A stretch of DNA of 63,425 nucleotides, the filler included. It is 13 parts of 13 records of this genome, joined end to end, with 100 filler letters (N's around TTAATTAATTAA, not from the genome) between each part and the next. Parts side by side here need not be neighbours in the genome. Positions count along the whole stretch, not along the records: positions 1 to 4,384 come from SRR15195285_2447; positions 4,485 to 7,642 come from SRR15195285_2451; positions 7,743 to 13,579 come from SRR15195285_2452; 10 more parts are not named here. One strand, written 5' to 3'. Positions 1 through 11,338 of the stretch are shown piece by piece. Position numbers and translations under genes: made by a program. Each line of letters opens with the position of its first letter. The first letter of the stretch is position 1. The notes below the pieces were generated by a model that worked only from the letters and a program-made list of their open reading frames with translations, was not told where the DNA came from and made no database searches.

Positions 1-584
1 ACATGCATTCGTAGGCCGGATCGTTGCTGCGGCGCCCTGGCGCGGGTCTGTGCCGGCGCGCCGGCGTCGCCGTCGCGCGCTGGGCACTTGTATAGCTACG
101 TACGCGTACGAGCCTCCGGCTAGCTGCGAGCCCCTGAGCACACTTCGTGAACATCGGCCGCGCACCCTTGGCCGCAGCAACGTCTGCCACCGACAGGCCG
201 AGTGGTGCAACCATCGCATCGTTAGCCGCAAACTCCATCGCAGCAACCGCCCCATCGATGCTGTTTAAGCTAGCGCGCGCCTAGCCTCTCCCCCTCTTGT
301 ACAGTAGTTTAGCAGGGGTAGGAACAGCCCATCCAACCCGATAGACCGCTGCTATCGGTGTGTCTGCGGCGGTGACCGGGCGGGATTGAGTACAGTAGCT
401 TCGACTGCAGGTAGGCGGGGTATAGACCACGCGTAGAATTTTCAACGTCTGGGGCTCGCGCGAGGGTGCCTGCACATACACCGCGTTGTTGTATGATACG
501 GTATAAGCGGGTGAGGTAGCCACTTGGCTCAAGCGGACTACACGTAGGCGAAGTACAGGTACAACGGCACGGGGCGCAGGCGCG

Positions 585-1688
585 ATGGCGGATCCAACTG
601 AAGACTCGAGTGCGCTCGCCACAGCTCGAGCCACCATTGCTCGGCGGCTCGCAATTGCAGACACAGACGACATGCTGACGCTGCACGAGCAGCAGGGAGG
701 CGGAGGCCTAGACCGCCCACTGCAAGGCTATAACAGTAGATTAGTATCTGCTGGGCGGCGGCTGGTCATCGCCAAGGCCACGCTTCGACGTCTCGGCCAT
801 GACAGCGTCCTGTTTACCCACCTGTCTTCGGATCTTCTCGTATCCGTGGGCTCTGCGGTGACCAGCGTGCCTAGTTTGACCGGCGACTGGCAGGTCCGTG
901 GCGCCTTCCACCACGGCGAGCAGTACCAGTACCGAATGTGGCTTACAGAACACGCTGACGGACGTGTTACTGGCAAGGGCAGGTTTCATGACCATCCACT
1001 GGCACCAACCTTTGTTGTAACGCGCGGGTTGGTAATTCTGAGTGACAATACCGATACCTGGCAGCCTTTCGAAGAAACAGCAAAGCCGTCGACGCGGCAG
1101 CCCGTCCTTCACATGCGACAAGAGAGCAATGAGTTCATCAATTTTTGCTCGCTGGTTTTGAGTCGCGATCGTGCGCAGATGTTGGAGGGCGAATGGATGC
1201 AGCTAGACCTGACCAGCGACGCCGAGGCCTGGGCGGACTATCAGGCTGCTCCTTTTACAGTTCTGAAGCCACATCCTGATCTAGAGAACTTTGGCATGTG
1301 GGGTTGGTGGGGAGCGAGGCGGTCCCACTCAAACCCTCCTGTCCTAAGTGGTCACTGCCCATCGGTAGATCTGTTTGAGCACCTGAGCAAACCCGAGCCA
1401 GCAGTTCGAGTCACTGCTGGAGTCAATGGGAGCACAGCCATGGAACCAGATTCGAAGCTTCCGTGCGCTCCGCCGGAGCCAGGCGTGATCGGGACTCCGC
1501 GCCAGTGGGCTGCCGGTATTCCACTGCGGAGACCACCCACGTGCATATCCGATCCGGTGGTAGAGAAGGGGCAGTGGCCCGATCCGGATCCAGACCCGAC
1601 CGCTGAAGCAGGAGTTCGCCAGCAGCATGATGAGAGGGCAGACCCGCAAGCATGGACACGACGGCGGACGCTGGGCGGATGGCGGTGA
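585..1688 (+). CDS. Hypothetical protein (367 aa), possible F-box-like segment
   Basis: Intact ATG-to-stop ORF with globular composition. LGHDSVLFTHLSSDLLVSVG weakly resembles an F-box-like motif. PDPDPDP tract near the C-terminus. Confidence 0.55.
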   Translation: MADPTEDSSALATARATIARRLAIADTDDMLTLHEQQGGGGLDRPLQGYNSRLVSAGRRLVIAKATLRRLGHDSVLFTHLSSDLLVSVGSAVTSVPSLTGDWQVRGAFHHGEQYQYRMWLTEHADGRVTGKGRFHDHPLAPTFVVTRGLVILSDNTDTWQPFEETAKPSTRQPVLHMRQESNEFINFCSLVLSRDRAQMLEGEWMQLDLTSDAEAWADYQAAPFTVLKPHPDLENFGMWGWWGARRSHSNPPVLSGHCPSVDLFEHLSKPEPAVRVTAGVNGSTAMEPDSKLPCAPPEPGVIGTPRQWAAGIPLRRPPTCISDPVVEKGQWPDPDPDPTAEAGVRQQHDERADPQAWTRRRTLGGWR

Positions 1689-1797
1689 AGCTTTTGCTGT
1701 ATCTCTATCGTACTCAGCCGACCATGAATCAATGTGTCGTACCCATTGCTGCAAACAGTAGATTTACGCAAGGTGCTACTCAATGGCAAATGTAGTC

Positions 1798-4181
1798 TCA
1801 TGGCCGCCATCGCGGGGCCTCACTCCAATGCCTGCTGCCTTGCTGAGGTGTCTCATCCACTGCGGCTGTCTCATCCATCGCATCCGTTGGTCTCTGTGCG
1901 CGTCGTCGTTGGGTGTTTGCCTGGGGACGACTCGAACGATGTGGAGATGGCCGAAGGTGAGCGAACTGCCACTTTTGGCGAACGTCCTCGAGCAAGTCCG
2001 CTTCGCTTTCGCGCACACCTTGTCGCCAGACCGTGTAAGAACTATGGGGCTGGTGAGGTTGTTTTCGCGGGTCACTAACGTCAAGTTTGCTGGTCTGCTG
2101 GTGTTGACGTGGTTGCCGGTGCCGTGGACGTTTATTCGAGTCGTGCTCAGCGCTCAAGAGCAGACCATCCGATCGGATGTTGTCAGCACCCTCAACGCCA
2201 TTGTTTCTACGAGCACTATTCTGTGACGAGTCATTTGTAGAATCATCGCGTTGCGATGATTGCGCCTTGCTGGCAGAGAGCGTGCTGGTATGGGCCCTTG
2301 ATGGTTTGGAGCTTTGCAGCCCACGGCTCCGCCGGCGAGCTTGATACGAATTATCGGGCGAGACCGCTGGCGCTGCGCGTGAACGCACGGCACGCATCGG
2401 AACTGGCGATACCGTTACCGCTGCATGCCATTGTGCGTCTGCTTCATCGTCCATCTGGCGTTGCAGCTGTGCAATCATGTGTGGCGTGGCAACCACCAGC
2501 GGCGTGCTTCCATGCGTCGAAGGTCGCTGCGACTGGTGGGGAAATTGCTCCTCTTGCAGAGGAGACGGAGTGAACCTCCACGACCGCACCTCTGACAACG
2601 GTGAGTGCTGGCGCCAGTCGCTTTTCTCCTCGTCCTTCTGCGTCCGTTCAAGCTGCTGGAAGGCTCCACGGTGCAGCTGCGAGACTGGGTGTTGGTCTGG
2701 TGTTGGTGGTACCTGGTGAATATTGGTCGGCACAGTGTCGTTGTCAGCATCAATGGTGTCTGCGGTTAGCTTCACGACGCCATCCACCGCGGGTGGACTA
2801 GTACGATCACATTCTGGATCTGCAGCTGAGCTCGCTGGGGTCCACATCGCTCCATCTTTGATGACAAACTGTTCTGTGCGATTCATGCTGTGATCAACGT
2901 AGCTGCCATCGGATCGACGATACCTGAAAAAGACGACAACGTATTTCTGAGTCAGCCGTCATCGGCATGACATATGAGGTGCGCGCAAAGGCAGGAACCT
3001 ACGGTGCAAACGCGGTGCCAGTGTCGGCTCTAAACTCCGGTGCCACGAAGGTGTCCCCAACGCCCCCGCGGTCACGCGCCTGTTTCGTATCCGCACGCTT
3101 GCCTCGTGTCGGCGTTCGGTCTCCCCCATGCCGATAAGCGGAGGCCCGAGGTGTGTCATGCTGCCAGCGGGTCTCTTTTGTGTGGAGGTTGTACCAATAG
3201 GTTTTGCCGCGCACTGTATCGTAGCCCTCTTTCCACTCGTCGTCCACTCGTCTCAACGCTGGCGAATGCTTCTCAGATGCCCCATTGTGCGCGTGCTGCT
3301 CGCTGCTATGGTAACAGCGGTCTGTCTGCCGCTGTTTTGGGTGATACTGACGTGCTGCATGCGGCTGGTCGGTGGTTTCGGCAGCAGAGTCAGCAACAGA
3401 CTGTTCGTGAGCCTGCATAGCGCCCTGCATCCTCGTCACTTCTGCCCGTAAACTATCGAGCGCATGTTGCTGCTCCTGAACGAGTGAGCTGGAGTCGAGA
3501 TGCGGATCGGGTGCTCCCGGAGTATTAGCGACACTCTGAGCCACGCCCCTGGCCGCTAGGGAAGCTGCCCTAGCAGCAACTTCAGCTGTAGTGTGCACAG
3601 CAGAGATATCATCGCGGAGGTCGTGTAGAAACTGTCTCACTTCACCGACGGAGATTGACGAAACCTCTTGCCCATCTTGGTCAGAGTCAGACTGGCGCGA
3701 TGCAGTAGGCTCTTGCTGTAGCTGACGCGTGGACGAAGGGCTGATCGGCCCAGCTGACGAAGGCGCGAGGCTGCCGCTGGAACTGTCTAGCTGCGGCGCC
3801 CACTGTGTTTGCCTTGATGGCGAGCCATCTGCGGGCGCAGGGCCATTCCGCGGAGGCGGCGAGCTGAACCGTCGTTCTCTCCTGACAGCGCCCTGCTGAT
3901 CACTGCTTCCTGACCCAGCGAACAGGAACTGTGAGCAGCAGTCAACACAGTACATCCAACAAAAGACTGCTCAAAAATGAGAAGCATTCACAAGCTGGGT
4001 GTGACTACGACCATTGATTAATTCAAGCGGAGTCTATCAGACCGAAGCGAGGGCTCTAGTTTCGGTAGGAACAGTTACGCTGGGTGTCAGTAACGGGCTG
4101 CGCGCCACAGACCACTGCCGAAAGGACAGCCCCAAGGCCAACGGCGAGCGCGAGCCCGACGCTGCTCGACTCTCGCTCCAT
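1798..4181 (-). CDS. WW-domain protein with N-terminal hydrophobic segment and coiled coil (spliced)
   Basis: WW motif EWKEGYDTVRGKTYWYNLHTKETRW. GT-AG intron 2924-3002 joins ORFs 2999..3955 and 1798..2886 in frame (AP|YRRSDG). Likely first exon MERESSSVGLALAVGLGAVLSAVVC from 4181; 5' splicing not fully resolved. Confidence 0.7.
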
Positions 4182-4384
4182 CTCGCCAACTCCCCGTCCC
4201 CGCGCAGGGAGGGGGGGGCAGGAGGGGCCTGAGCGGTACCGCGTGGTCGATACCCCGGGCGCGCGCGCCGCGCGGTATCCGGCGGTAGATCTAGCATACT
4301 AGTAGATCTCTGGGGATAGTACCTGCATAGTACTACTAGTAGTACCGGTAGAGCACCACCGCTCCATCTGAGTCGACACTTCCG

Positions 4385-4484
4385 NNNNNNNNNNNNNNNN
4401 NNNNNNNNNNNNNNNNNNNNNNNNNNNNTTAATTAATTAANNNNNNNNNNNNNNNNNNNNNNNNNNNNNNNNNNNNNNNNNNNN
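4385..4484. other. Artificial contig spacer (44 N + TTAATTAATTAA + 44 N)
   Basis: Identical 100-nt linkers with stops in all six frames also occur at 7643-7742, 13580-13679, 17995-18094, 21136-21235, 27335-27434, 35637-35736, 39661-39760, 43624-43723, 51541-51640, 55574-55673 and 59367-59466. Confidence 0.99.
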
Positions 4485-5777
4485 CGCCGCCGCCGCCGCC
4501 GCAGCAGCAGCAGCTACTAGTACAGTAGGAAAAGCAGCAGCAGGCGCAGCAACCACAGCCGGAGCCACAGCCAGAGCAGCAGCCGCAGCCGCAGCCACAG
4601 CTGGAGCCGGAGCATTCGCAGCGGGAGCCGGAGCTGCAACAGCTGGAGCCGCAGTCGCCGCAGCAGCCGGAGGTAGAGCTACAGCCAGAACCAGAGCTGC
4701 CTGTGCTGCCAATGCCCCGGCTCAACGACGTCGCACTCAGCCCAACAATATACCCACGTGCAGGAGCGAGGAGCGACTGAGAAAGCTGAACTGCAGCGGC
4801 TTGCACCCGAGAAAGCTGAGCACGGGCGTCTTGCAGCTAAGAAGGCTGAGCAGGAGCGAGTATCGGCTGAGAAAAGCTGCTGTGAAGGCTGAGCAAGTTG
4901 AGCAGGAGCGACTAGCAGCTGAGACAGCTGAGGAGGAGCGTGTTGCAGCTGAGAAAGCTGCTGACGAGGATCGTGTTCGATCAGAGCCTGAACCGCAGCA
5001 ATTGTCATCTTTGATGCCACCACCGGCTTCAATTCCACAGCAATCTTTGCCACCTGCAGCAGCTACTGGCAGCACCGTGGACTCGTTGATGGCACTGCTA
5101 GCATAGCCTATGGACACAACGGCTCAGAAACAAGAAAGAGCCACGTGGCAGGCAGAGCAGGAAAGGATTCTCAAAGAAGATGCATTGCGAGCCGAGGCTG
5201 AGTACCGCAAACGAGAGCAAGACCGACAGGTCAGGGCAAAGGAGCGGCAGAAGGAGGCGGAAGCAGCTGCGTCAAAGGAGCTGTCTGCGCGAGAGGAACG
5301 CAGGCGAGAGGCCATGGCAACGAAGCTGAAAGCCGAGGAGGAGCAAGCAAAGCTCACAGCATTGGCCATGGAATCAGAGCGAAGGGCAGTTGCTGCAGCG
5401 CAGGCAGCCATCACTGAAAACCAAGCAAGAACAGAGCAAGTGGACGAAAGACAGAATAGAAACAGACCCAGGAAGAGCAGCGACATGCTGCTGCATCTGC
5501 AGTCGGCGAAGCTGCGGGCGACTACCTGGTCAATCAGCAGCATCAACATCATGGCGACGAACAGACAGAGCCGCTTCCATCGCCTTTGCCGTTGACCCAT
5601 GAGATACGCGCAGGAAGGCGCATACTCGACGAGACCGTAGGCACAACTGCAAACGGGGATGAGGACGAAAGCAACACAACACGCGAACGTGCGGACGACA
5701 CACGACCAGGTGACGACACACCGCCAGATGAAGAGTGGAAAGTGTTGTGGGCTGCAGTGTTCAACGTTTGCACGTGA
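4485..5777 (+). pseudogene. Disrupted Q/E/P-rich and coiled-coil gene
   Basis: Protein-like QPEP and EQERLAAEKA repeats are broken by in-frame TAGs (4526-4528, 5104-5106) and frame changes near 4760, 4873 and 5465. Confidence 0.6.
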
Positions 5778-6501
5778 ATATTGATCCATTTCAATTGCCC
5801 GCCTTGAGATCCGCTCAGTTTAGGAGATTGCCTAGCACAATTATGCCATGTACGTATACCAGGAAGGCATAGTTGTATGCATACCAGTACGTATATAGAT
5901 GTAGGTACCTGTATACGTATTATAGATGCTGATTGCGACCAGGGGCTCCGGGTTTAGGGTTCAGGGCAAAAGCGACGCGCATAGCTGTTTTTGTTTTTGG
6001 GTCTTGGGTTTGGGTGTAGGCGCCGGTCGTGGTTGGTTACGAACAAGTGGTAGGAATCGAAGATCCTTCCCTCAGAGCACCGAAATTTCCGAGACGTCAG
6101 GAGGCTAAACGCATGAAAATCTCGATGTCGTCCGGTTGCTTGCATAGATAACAGTGGCCCGGTGTATATGATAGGCGTTTGACATACTCAATTTGGAATT
6201 TCCGAAGCTCCGACGCGAGTGTCACATCACTCATGGTGTGATCGAGGCCTGCGCGGACCCAAGTGCCACATCTGCGCCCCCCACTCCACATCGACGCTGG
6301 AAAAGATCCGCTACTATGTCACCACTATGTACTTCCTCATGACGGGCAACCGCGTCTCGAGTTGACCGAGGGTCTGAGAGGACATGTTTACCGTACCAAC
6401 CACTTTTTTCATTTGCCAGTTTTGCCGGCGAGGGACCGCACGAGATTTTCTGAGGTCGCTGCTGCAATCGAGTACGATTTGCACCCTTGTGACACTACAG
6501 T

Positions 6502-7642
6502 CTAGCTGGGTGGAACACCTTCCTCTGCCGTTGGCTCTGGCTCTGGCTCTGGCTCTAGTTGTCCAAAGTCACCCGCCAACACGCGGTCGACCTTGCCCCT
6601 TGTTTCGGCCGCAGCCGCCTCTCTTTTGGCCAATGTTTCCCGTGCTTTGAGTAGCGTTGCTCTTATCTGCTCTGGTGTATCAACACCAACGTTTACAGCA
6701 GCATCTTCTCCTCCCGCATACGGCTCCCCACGCTGATCACCGAAACCCGATCGGCCGAAGCAGTCGAAGATCAGCGTTCTATCTTCCACTGTGAATCCAG
6801 CCAGTAGAGCGCCGAACAACTCGCCGGCTTGGGCATTTCCGACCTGGCAACGCAGTGTTTTCTGTGTAAGCGGGCTAGGTCAACGGTAAAGCTGCGCGAG
6901 TGTGGACACACCAGCCCTGGAGGATCCTGCTCAGCAGCTCTCCACGCCACGTCCGTGTTTTCCACAGGGTTTCCGTTATACACAATGTGAACGATTCCCG
7001 TGCCTTTTTTGGCAGCATTCTTTTTCTGTCCCTCGGCCACGACTGTGTTGTAGACTTGCAACCACTTCTTCTCCTGCTTCGCTTGGTCCCAACCAAGGGA
7101 TGATGCTATTGTTCCAATGTCTTCATTTGGATTGAAGCAGAACACTTCGTAGTCGTCGCTTGTGCCGGCCCTTTTTTTCCTGGTGGGACAGCCATCAGTC
7201 AAAACAGCACGTGTGCAAACGCAAAAATTAGATACGAATACGGTCCACAGCGCGTTGAATCTACTCGCGATGCAAGCGGCTTGAGTTGAGCGTGCGAGGC
7301 ACGTGCGCGCCGACTCACGAGAGTTCCTGTTTGAGTTTACTTGCCAGCGCGCCACCACGTCTGTTTGCAGCCGGAATGTTAGGGTCCCCGCCTTCCCCCC
7401 CCCCCCCATGGCGTCGAGACGATGTGCAAAACGTCGGCGTTTTTCATCTTCCGAACCAGATCTTTGCGTTCGCGTTCGTTCGCCTGTTCTTGTGCGGCTG
7501 CAAGTGATCGCTCAGCTTGCCTTACGCGACGGCGCGCCTCGGCCAGCGCATCCTGGGCCGCCTGGTCCTCGGCGCGAGCCTCGGCCAGTAGCTTCTCAGC
7601 GGCAGCCCTCTGCTCGGCCGCCGCCTTCTCCTCCGCCGCCTT
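6502..7642 (-). CDS. Coiled-coil + TIR-like/flavodoxin-fold domain protein, 5' truncated, 3 exons
   Basis: Introns 7180-7318 and 6844-6911 give VLHIVSTPW...GGALASKLKQELS|KK..YEVFCFNPNED...GIVHIVYNG...PGL|VGNAQAGELFGA...EPEPEPEPTAEEGVPPS*. The frame needs one base fewer in the C13 run at 7395-7407. Confidence 0.6.
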
Positions 7643-8070
7643 NNNNNNNNNNNNNNNNNNNNNNNNNNNNNNNNNNNNNNNNNNNNTTAATTAATTAANN
7701 NNNNNNNNNNNNNNNNNNNNNNNNNNNNNNNNNNNNNNNNNNCCACAGACCTGCCGACCCTCACTCCGAGTGAGCACCAGAACCAAACAATCAGTGCTCC
7801 CTACAGGAAGCGAGGGGAGGGTTGTCTGTGCACCCTAAGTGCACACAGAGGGAAAACAGAATGTAACAGGAGAAACGGCATCCCACATCTGTCACTCCGA
7901 TCTGTTTCCGTTCTTATATTAGATCAGATAGATCTAATATTCCTCGAGGAATTGCGCGCGGCCGGCGCTGATTCTGAAATCCCGCGCGGGACCTTATTAT
8001 ACTGTACGCCTTACCCCGGCCGCGCGCTTACTGGCGCGACACATACGTGATACGTAAACATCCGGTGTGC

Positions 8071-11000
8071 ATGGGCATGCTCGTGCCGTGGCAGCTCGTG
8101 CTCCAGCTCAGCGCGCTAGTGCTCCAAGCGGGAGCGACAGCCCAGGCCACTGCGACGATGCAGGGCGGCGACGAGGCGGACGATGCGACGACGGCTGCAC
8201 ACCGGCTTCCCGGCATACGTGTATCGCTTAGCCGGGCGCGCCCAGCGATGACACCGTACCAGCAGCAGTACATGGCCGCAGTGGAGGCGGAAGCCAAGGC
8301 TGCCTCGGATGCTGCAACACCGTTCGTGCTGGCGGCGCTGGAGGACCCTTGGTTCCGTGCCGGCCTCCATGCATGCTGCCCAAGCGTAGCCTCCTTGAAC
8401 AGTGAGAGCCTGCTGCAGCGCTTCCGTGACGAGACTGCCATCAGCGAGATGACGCACAGTTTCGATGTTGACCTCAGCGACTCCGGGGGCCACATGGCAG
8501 GTGGGGTTGGCGGAAAGAACGGCAACTTTCTGGGCGATCCACCGCTGGCAGTTTACATGAACAGTTCGCATTTCTACAATCTCTGGGAGGTCGCGTACCT
8601 AAACATTACGAGCTACCAGGCGTTACACGCGGAAGTCGGAGCTGAGGAGGGCTTGTTCGTGAGTGGCGCGCTGGCTGGCTCGGAAGCACTGCCGCGACTG
8701 TATGAACGATGTTGCATGCACTGCATTGTCGTTGTTGTGTTTGTTGGCTTTCGCAGGGGTTCAGCAGGTTTACCAGCTGCAGCAACACCAGCAACTCAGG
8801 CGGCCCGAAGTGTGTGCCAGCGTCGATCGAGGAGGCGGCGCAGCGTCCGATATGTGAGCCCCCACCTCCCGTCCTCTCCAGGTCGCCAAAGCAGCAGCTT
8901 CCATAATTATCATACTAACCTCGTGGCATCCAACGCGTGACGGCTGGATGGCTGCATGCGTACACAGACACTGTCTTAAACCAGAGAAAAGTCGATGTGG
9001 GCTGCCCCATGTTTGGCAATATCGTCGTTGTATTCGCTACCGAATGGGTCCAAGATATGACAGTGATTGCACCTATGGACACCGGTGCGGAGATGCCTCT
9101 CCCTATGTTTCATGGACGAAACGGTTTGCTGAAGCTCGACACGCCTTGCGAAAACTGACAACGAACAATTTCCGCAGGGTGGTGGACCAGCCACTGCAAC
9201 ACTACAAAGAGCAATGGTGGAAACCACCATAGCCACATTTGCCGCAGCAACACAGACCCGCAGAGCTGCAACCACAGCTGGGGGGAGCATGGCAGCTGTG
9301 GTTGGAACGCAAAGTCTGGGCAGTGTGCCCCATTTGACACATGCAGGAACAGTACCACTCGCACGGTGAGGCTGCGACCGTATGCTGCTTGCTTGCTCCC
9401 TGCCTCCCTCCACAACACAGCTTTCTGTGTGTACGTGCGTGCAATGACAGGGAGTGCGTTCTGTGCAGGCGTGTGCAAATGCGACTGTAGACAATCACGG
9501 CGGACAGAGGCAGAACGATCGTTGTGTGTGGGTCAAGATGTCTTCAGACAACGTGTCGTGTCAACACTGGGGGGATATCCCGTGCAGTGAGAGGGGTCAG
9601 GTCTACCAGACGAACGCAACGCTGTGCAATGCAATTAAAAGCTATGGCAACAGCTGTAGGGTAAGTCGAACCGCCGACCAGTGCTGCGCTGACACTGAAC
9701 GCGTGGCAATTGAATCTTTGAAGCAACTGCCGTCTGGCTGGTCTTATCGGCACTGTGTTCTCACCGTGCCCTAAATGTTGTGTGGTGGAGATAGTTTCGA
9801 AACGATTCCACTGGGACGGGTTGCTTTGAATGGGACTGCACCAAGAATGGCAGTGTCTCGCAAGCAGCCTGCGCCACGTTTGCGAAGGTTCAGCCATGGT
9901 GTCACTGGGATACGCAATCCCACTCGTGCTCAGAGCACGGAGGCTTCAACGAGATGGCGGTGAACTGTGATGTTCAGGGATGGTCCAACGCATCGTGAGT
10001 CAGGGCCACTACTGCCACAGAGCTATCGTGATCGTGTGGCAACTTGCAGTTTGCAGTCGATTTTGTTCTTTTCACAGATCTCTGTTCTGTGCGACTAATT
10101 GCGTGACTGGCAGGGTGGATGAGTATGACTACAACGTACGACAACTCGGCACATTGCGGCACTTCGATCATGTCTTGCTCGAAAATGCTCTCTTCTGGGG
10201 GAACGGTACGCACACAGACTGACTCACACCGCAATTGTTTGATGTGATTGCCAAGATGAAATTACTGCAGCAAGAAGGGCATAGATCTGCTTCTTGTAGA
10301 TTTAAAGACGAACTCAGATGACATTGTTCTTGCCTCGCAGGCTCGTCGTACGAATGCCCGCCTTCGAACAAGTCTAGCAATCCATGGGACAGCCCCACGT
10401 GTGCTGGCAAGGTCAGCTGGTCAGGAAACGAGAGCATAATCGTGGAAACAATTCTGCCTCTATTCGAGCGGATGTTCGCCCCACTAGGGGAGACACCACA
10501 CATCAACAGCAACGGCGTCGGTGGTGCTTCATGGTTTCATTATTCTGAAGCGAATATTGCTGGTAGAATTCCGTACCCAGATGGCATCAAATTCGTCATT
10601 CTGACATTTCCAGATTTCTTTGGCACGGGGAATGTGTCAGAAGTCCGGGAGTGGTGCACGCAGTGGGGCTGGCCGCTCGTGTGTGAGTCGCCTAGCTGTT
10701 GCCGCACACTCGTCCACCGCGAAACCATCCTCCTCCCCCGCACCCCACCCCCACCCCAACCTGCATGTTGACAGCAACCAACTGCCAATTCATGTGTTTG
10801 GATGGTGGTGCCACGTACAGGGGCGCTTGGCACGAATTCTGCCAGTGGCAATGGCTTCGGCGGGGGCGACCAGAAATTCGCCGTCGACGCGAACGACCGC
10901 GTGCTGGATCCGATAGTGCTGAGCAGGGTCGGGGCGGGGAAGAACATGTCGGACAGTGGGACTGATGTGGCGACGCTCGACAAATTCGAGGCGTTGTGGG

Positions 11001-11192
11001 CGAGTGTCAACAGCACCCGCGACGAGATGCTGCCTTCCAATCTACCATCATCAAGCAATGTGGGCGCAGCTCAAAAGGGAGATGCCAAGCGCGGTGCACC
11101 TCCGTACCTTGCACCCAGGGGATTGTGCTGACGTGGACAAGTGCCTTGGGACCAACGGAGATGGGCGTTGTGTCTGCAACGTATTCAAATGA
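8071..11192 (+). CDS. Secreted DUF3626-like protein with Cys-rich insert (multi-exon; frameshift near 3' end)
   Basis: Hydrophobic signal peptide and eight GT-AG introns that splice in frame. Motifs in order: EMTHSF, FYNLWE, AEEGLFG, QRPIYTVLN..GCPMFG, APMDTG, GTLRHFDHVL, YSEANIAG. Confidence 0.65.
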
Positions 11193-11315
11193 CGGGTGTG
11201 CTTGGTGACATGCGAAGTCGTCTTGCGAAGGTAAAACGTGCACCTGATTGTAAGATCCTAGCCGTTTACCTAGGACACTAGGAGGATCGCGTTTGGTGCA
11301 GTCAACACAGTAATT

Positions 11316-11338
11316 GGTTTAGGGTTTTAGGGTTTAGG
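11316..11338 (+). repeat. Short interstitial telomere-like repeat (TTTAGGG/TTTTAGGG)
   Basis: GGTTTAGGGTTTTAGGGTTTAGG between the convergent DUF3626-like and AKR genes. Confidence 0.55.

Noticed and set aside
4385-4484. Twelve identical TTAATTAATTAA elements as a repeat family or CRISPR-like array
   Set aside because: Each sits between exactly 44 Ns and encodes stops in all frames; these are artificial joins. ORFs ending in X...LIN are artifacts.
5104-5106. TAG reassigned to Gln (alternative genetic code)
   Set aside because: TAG ends intact genes here (Patched 20899-20901, Serinc 52052, kinase 16115), long ORFs have no internal TAG, and the same region also has frameshifts.
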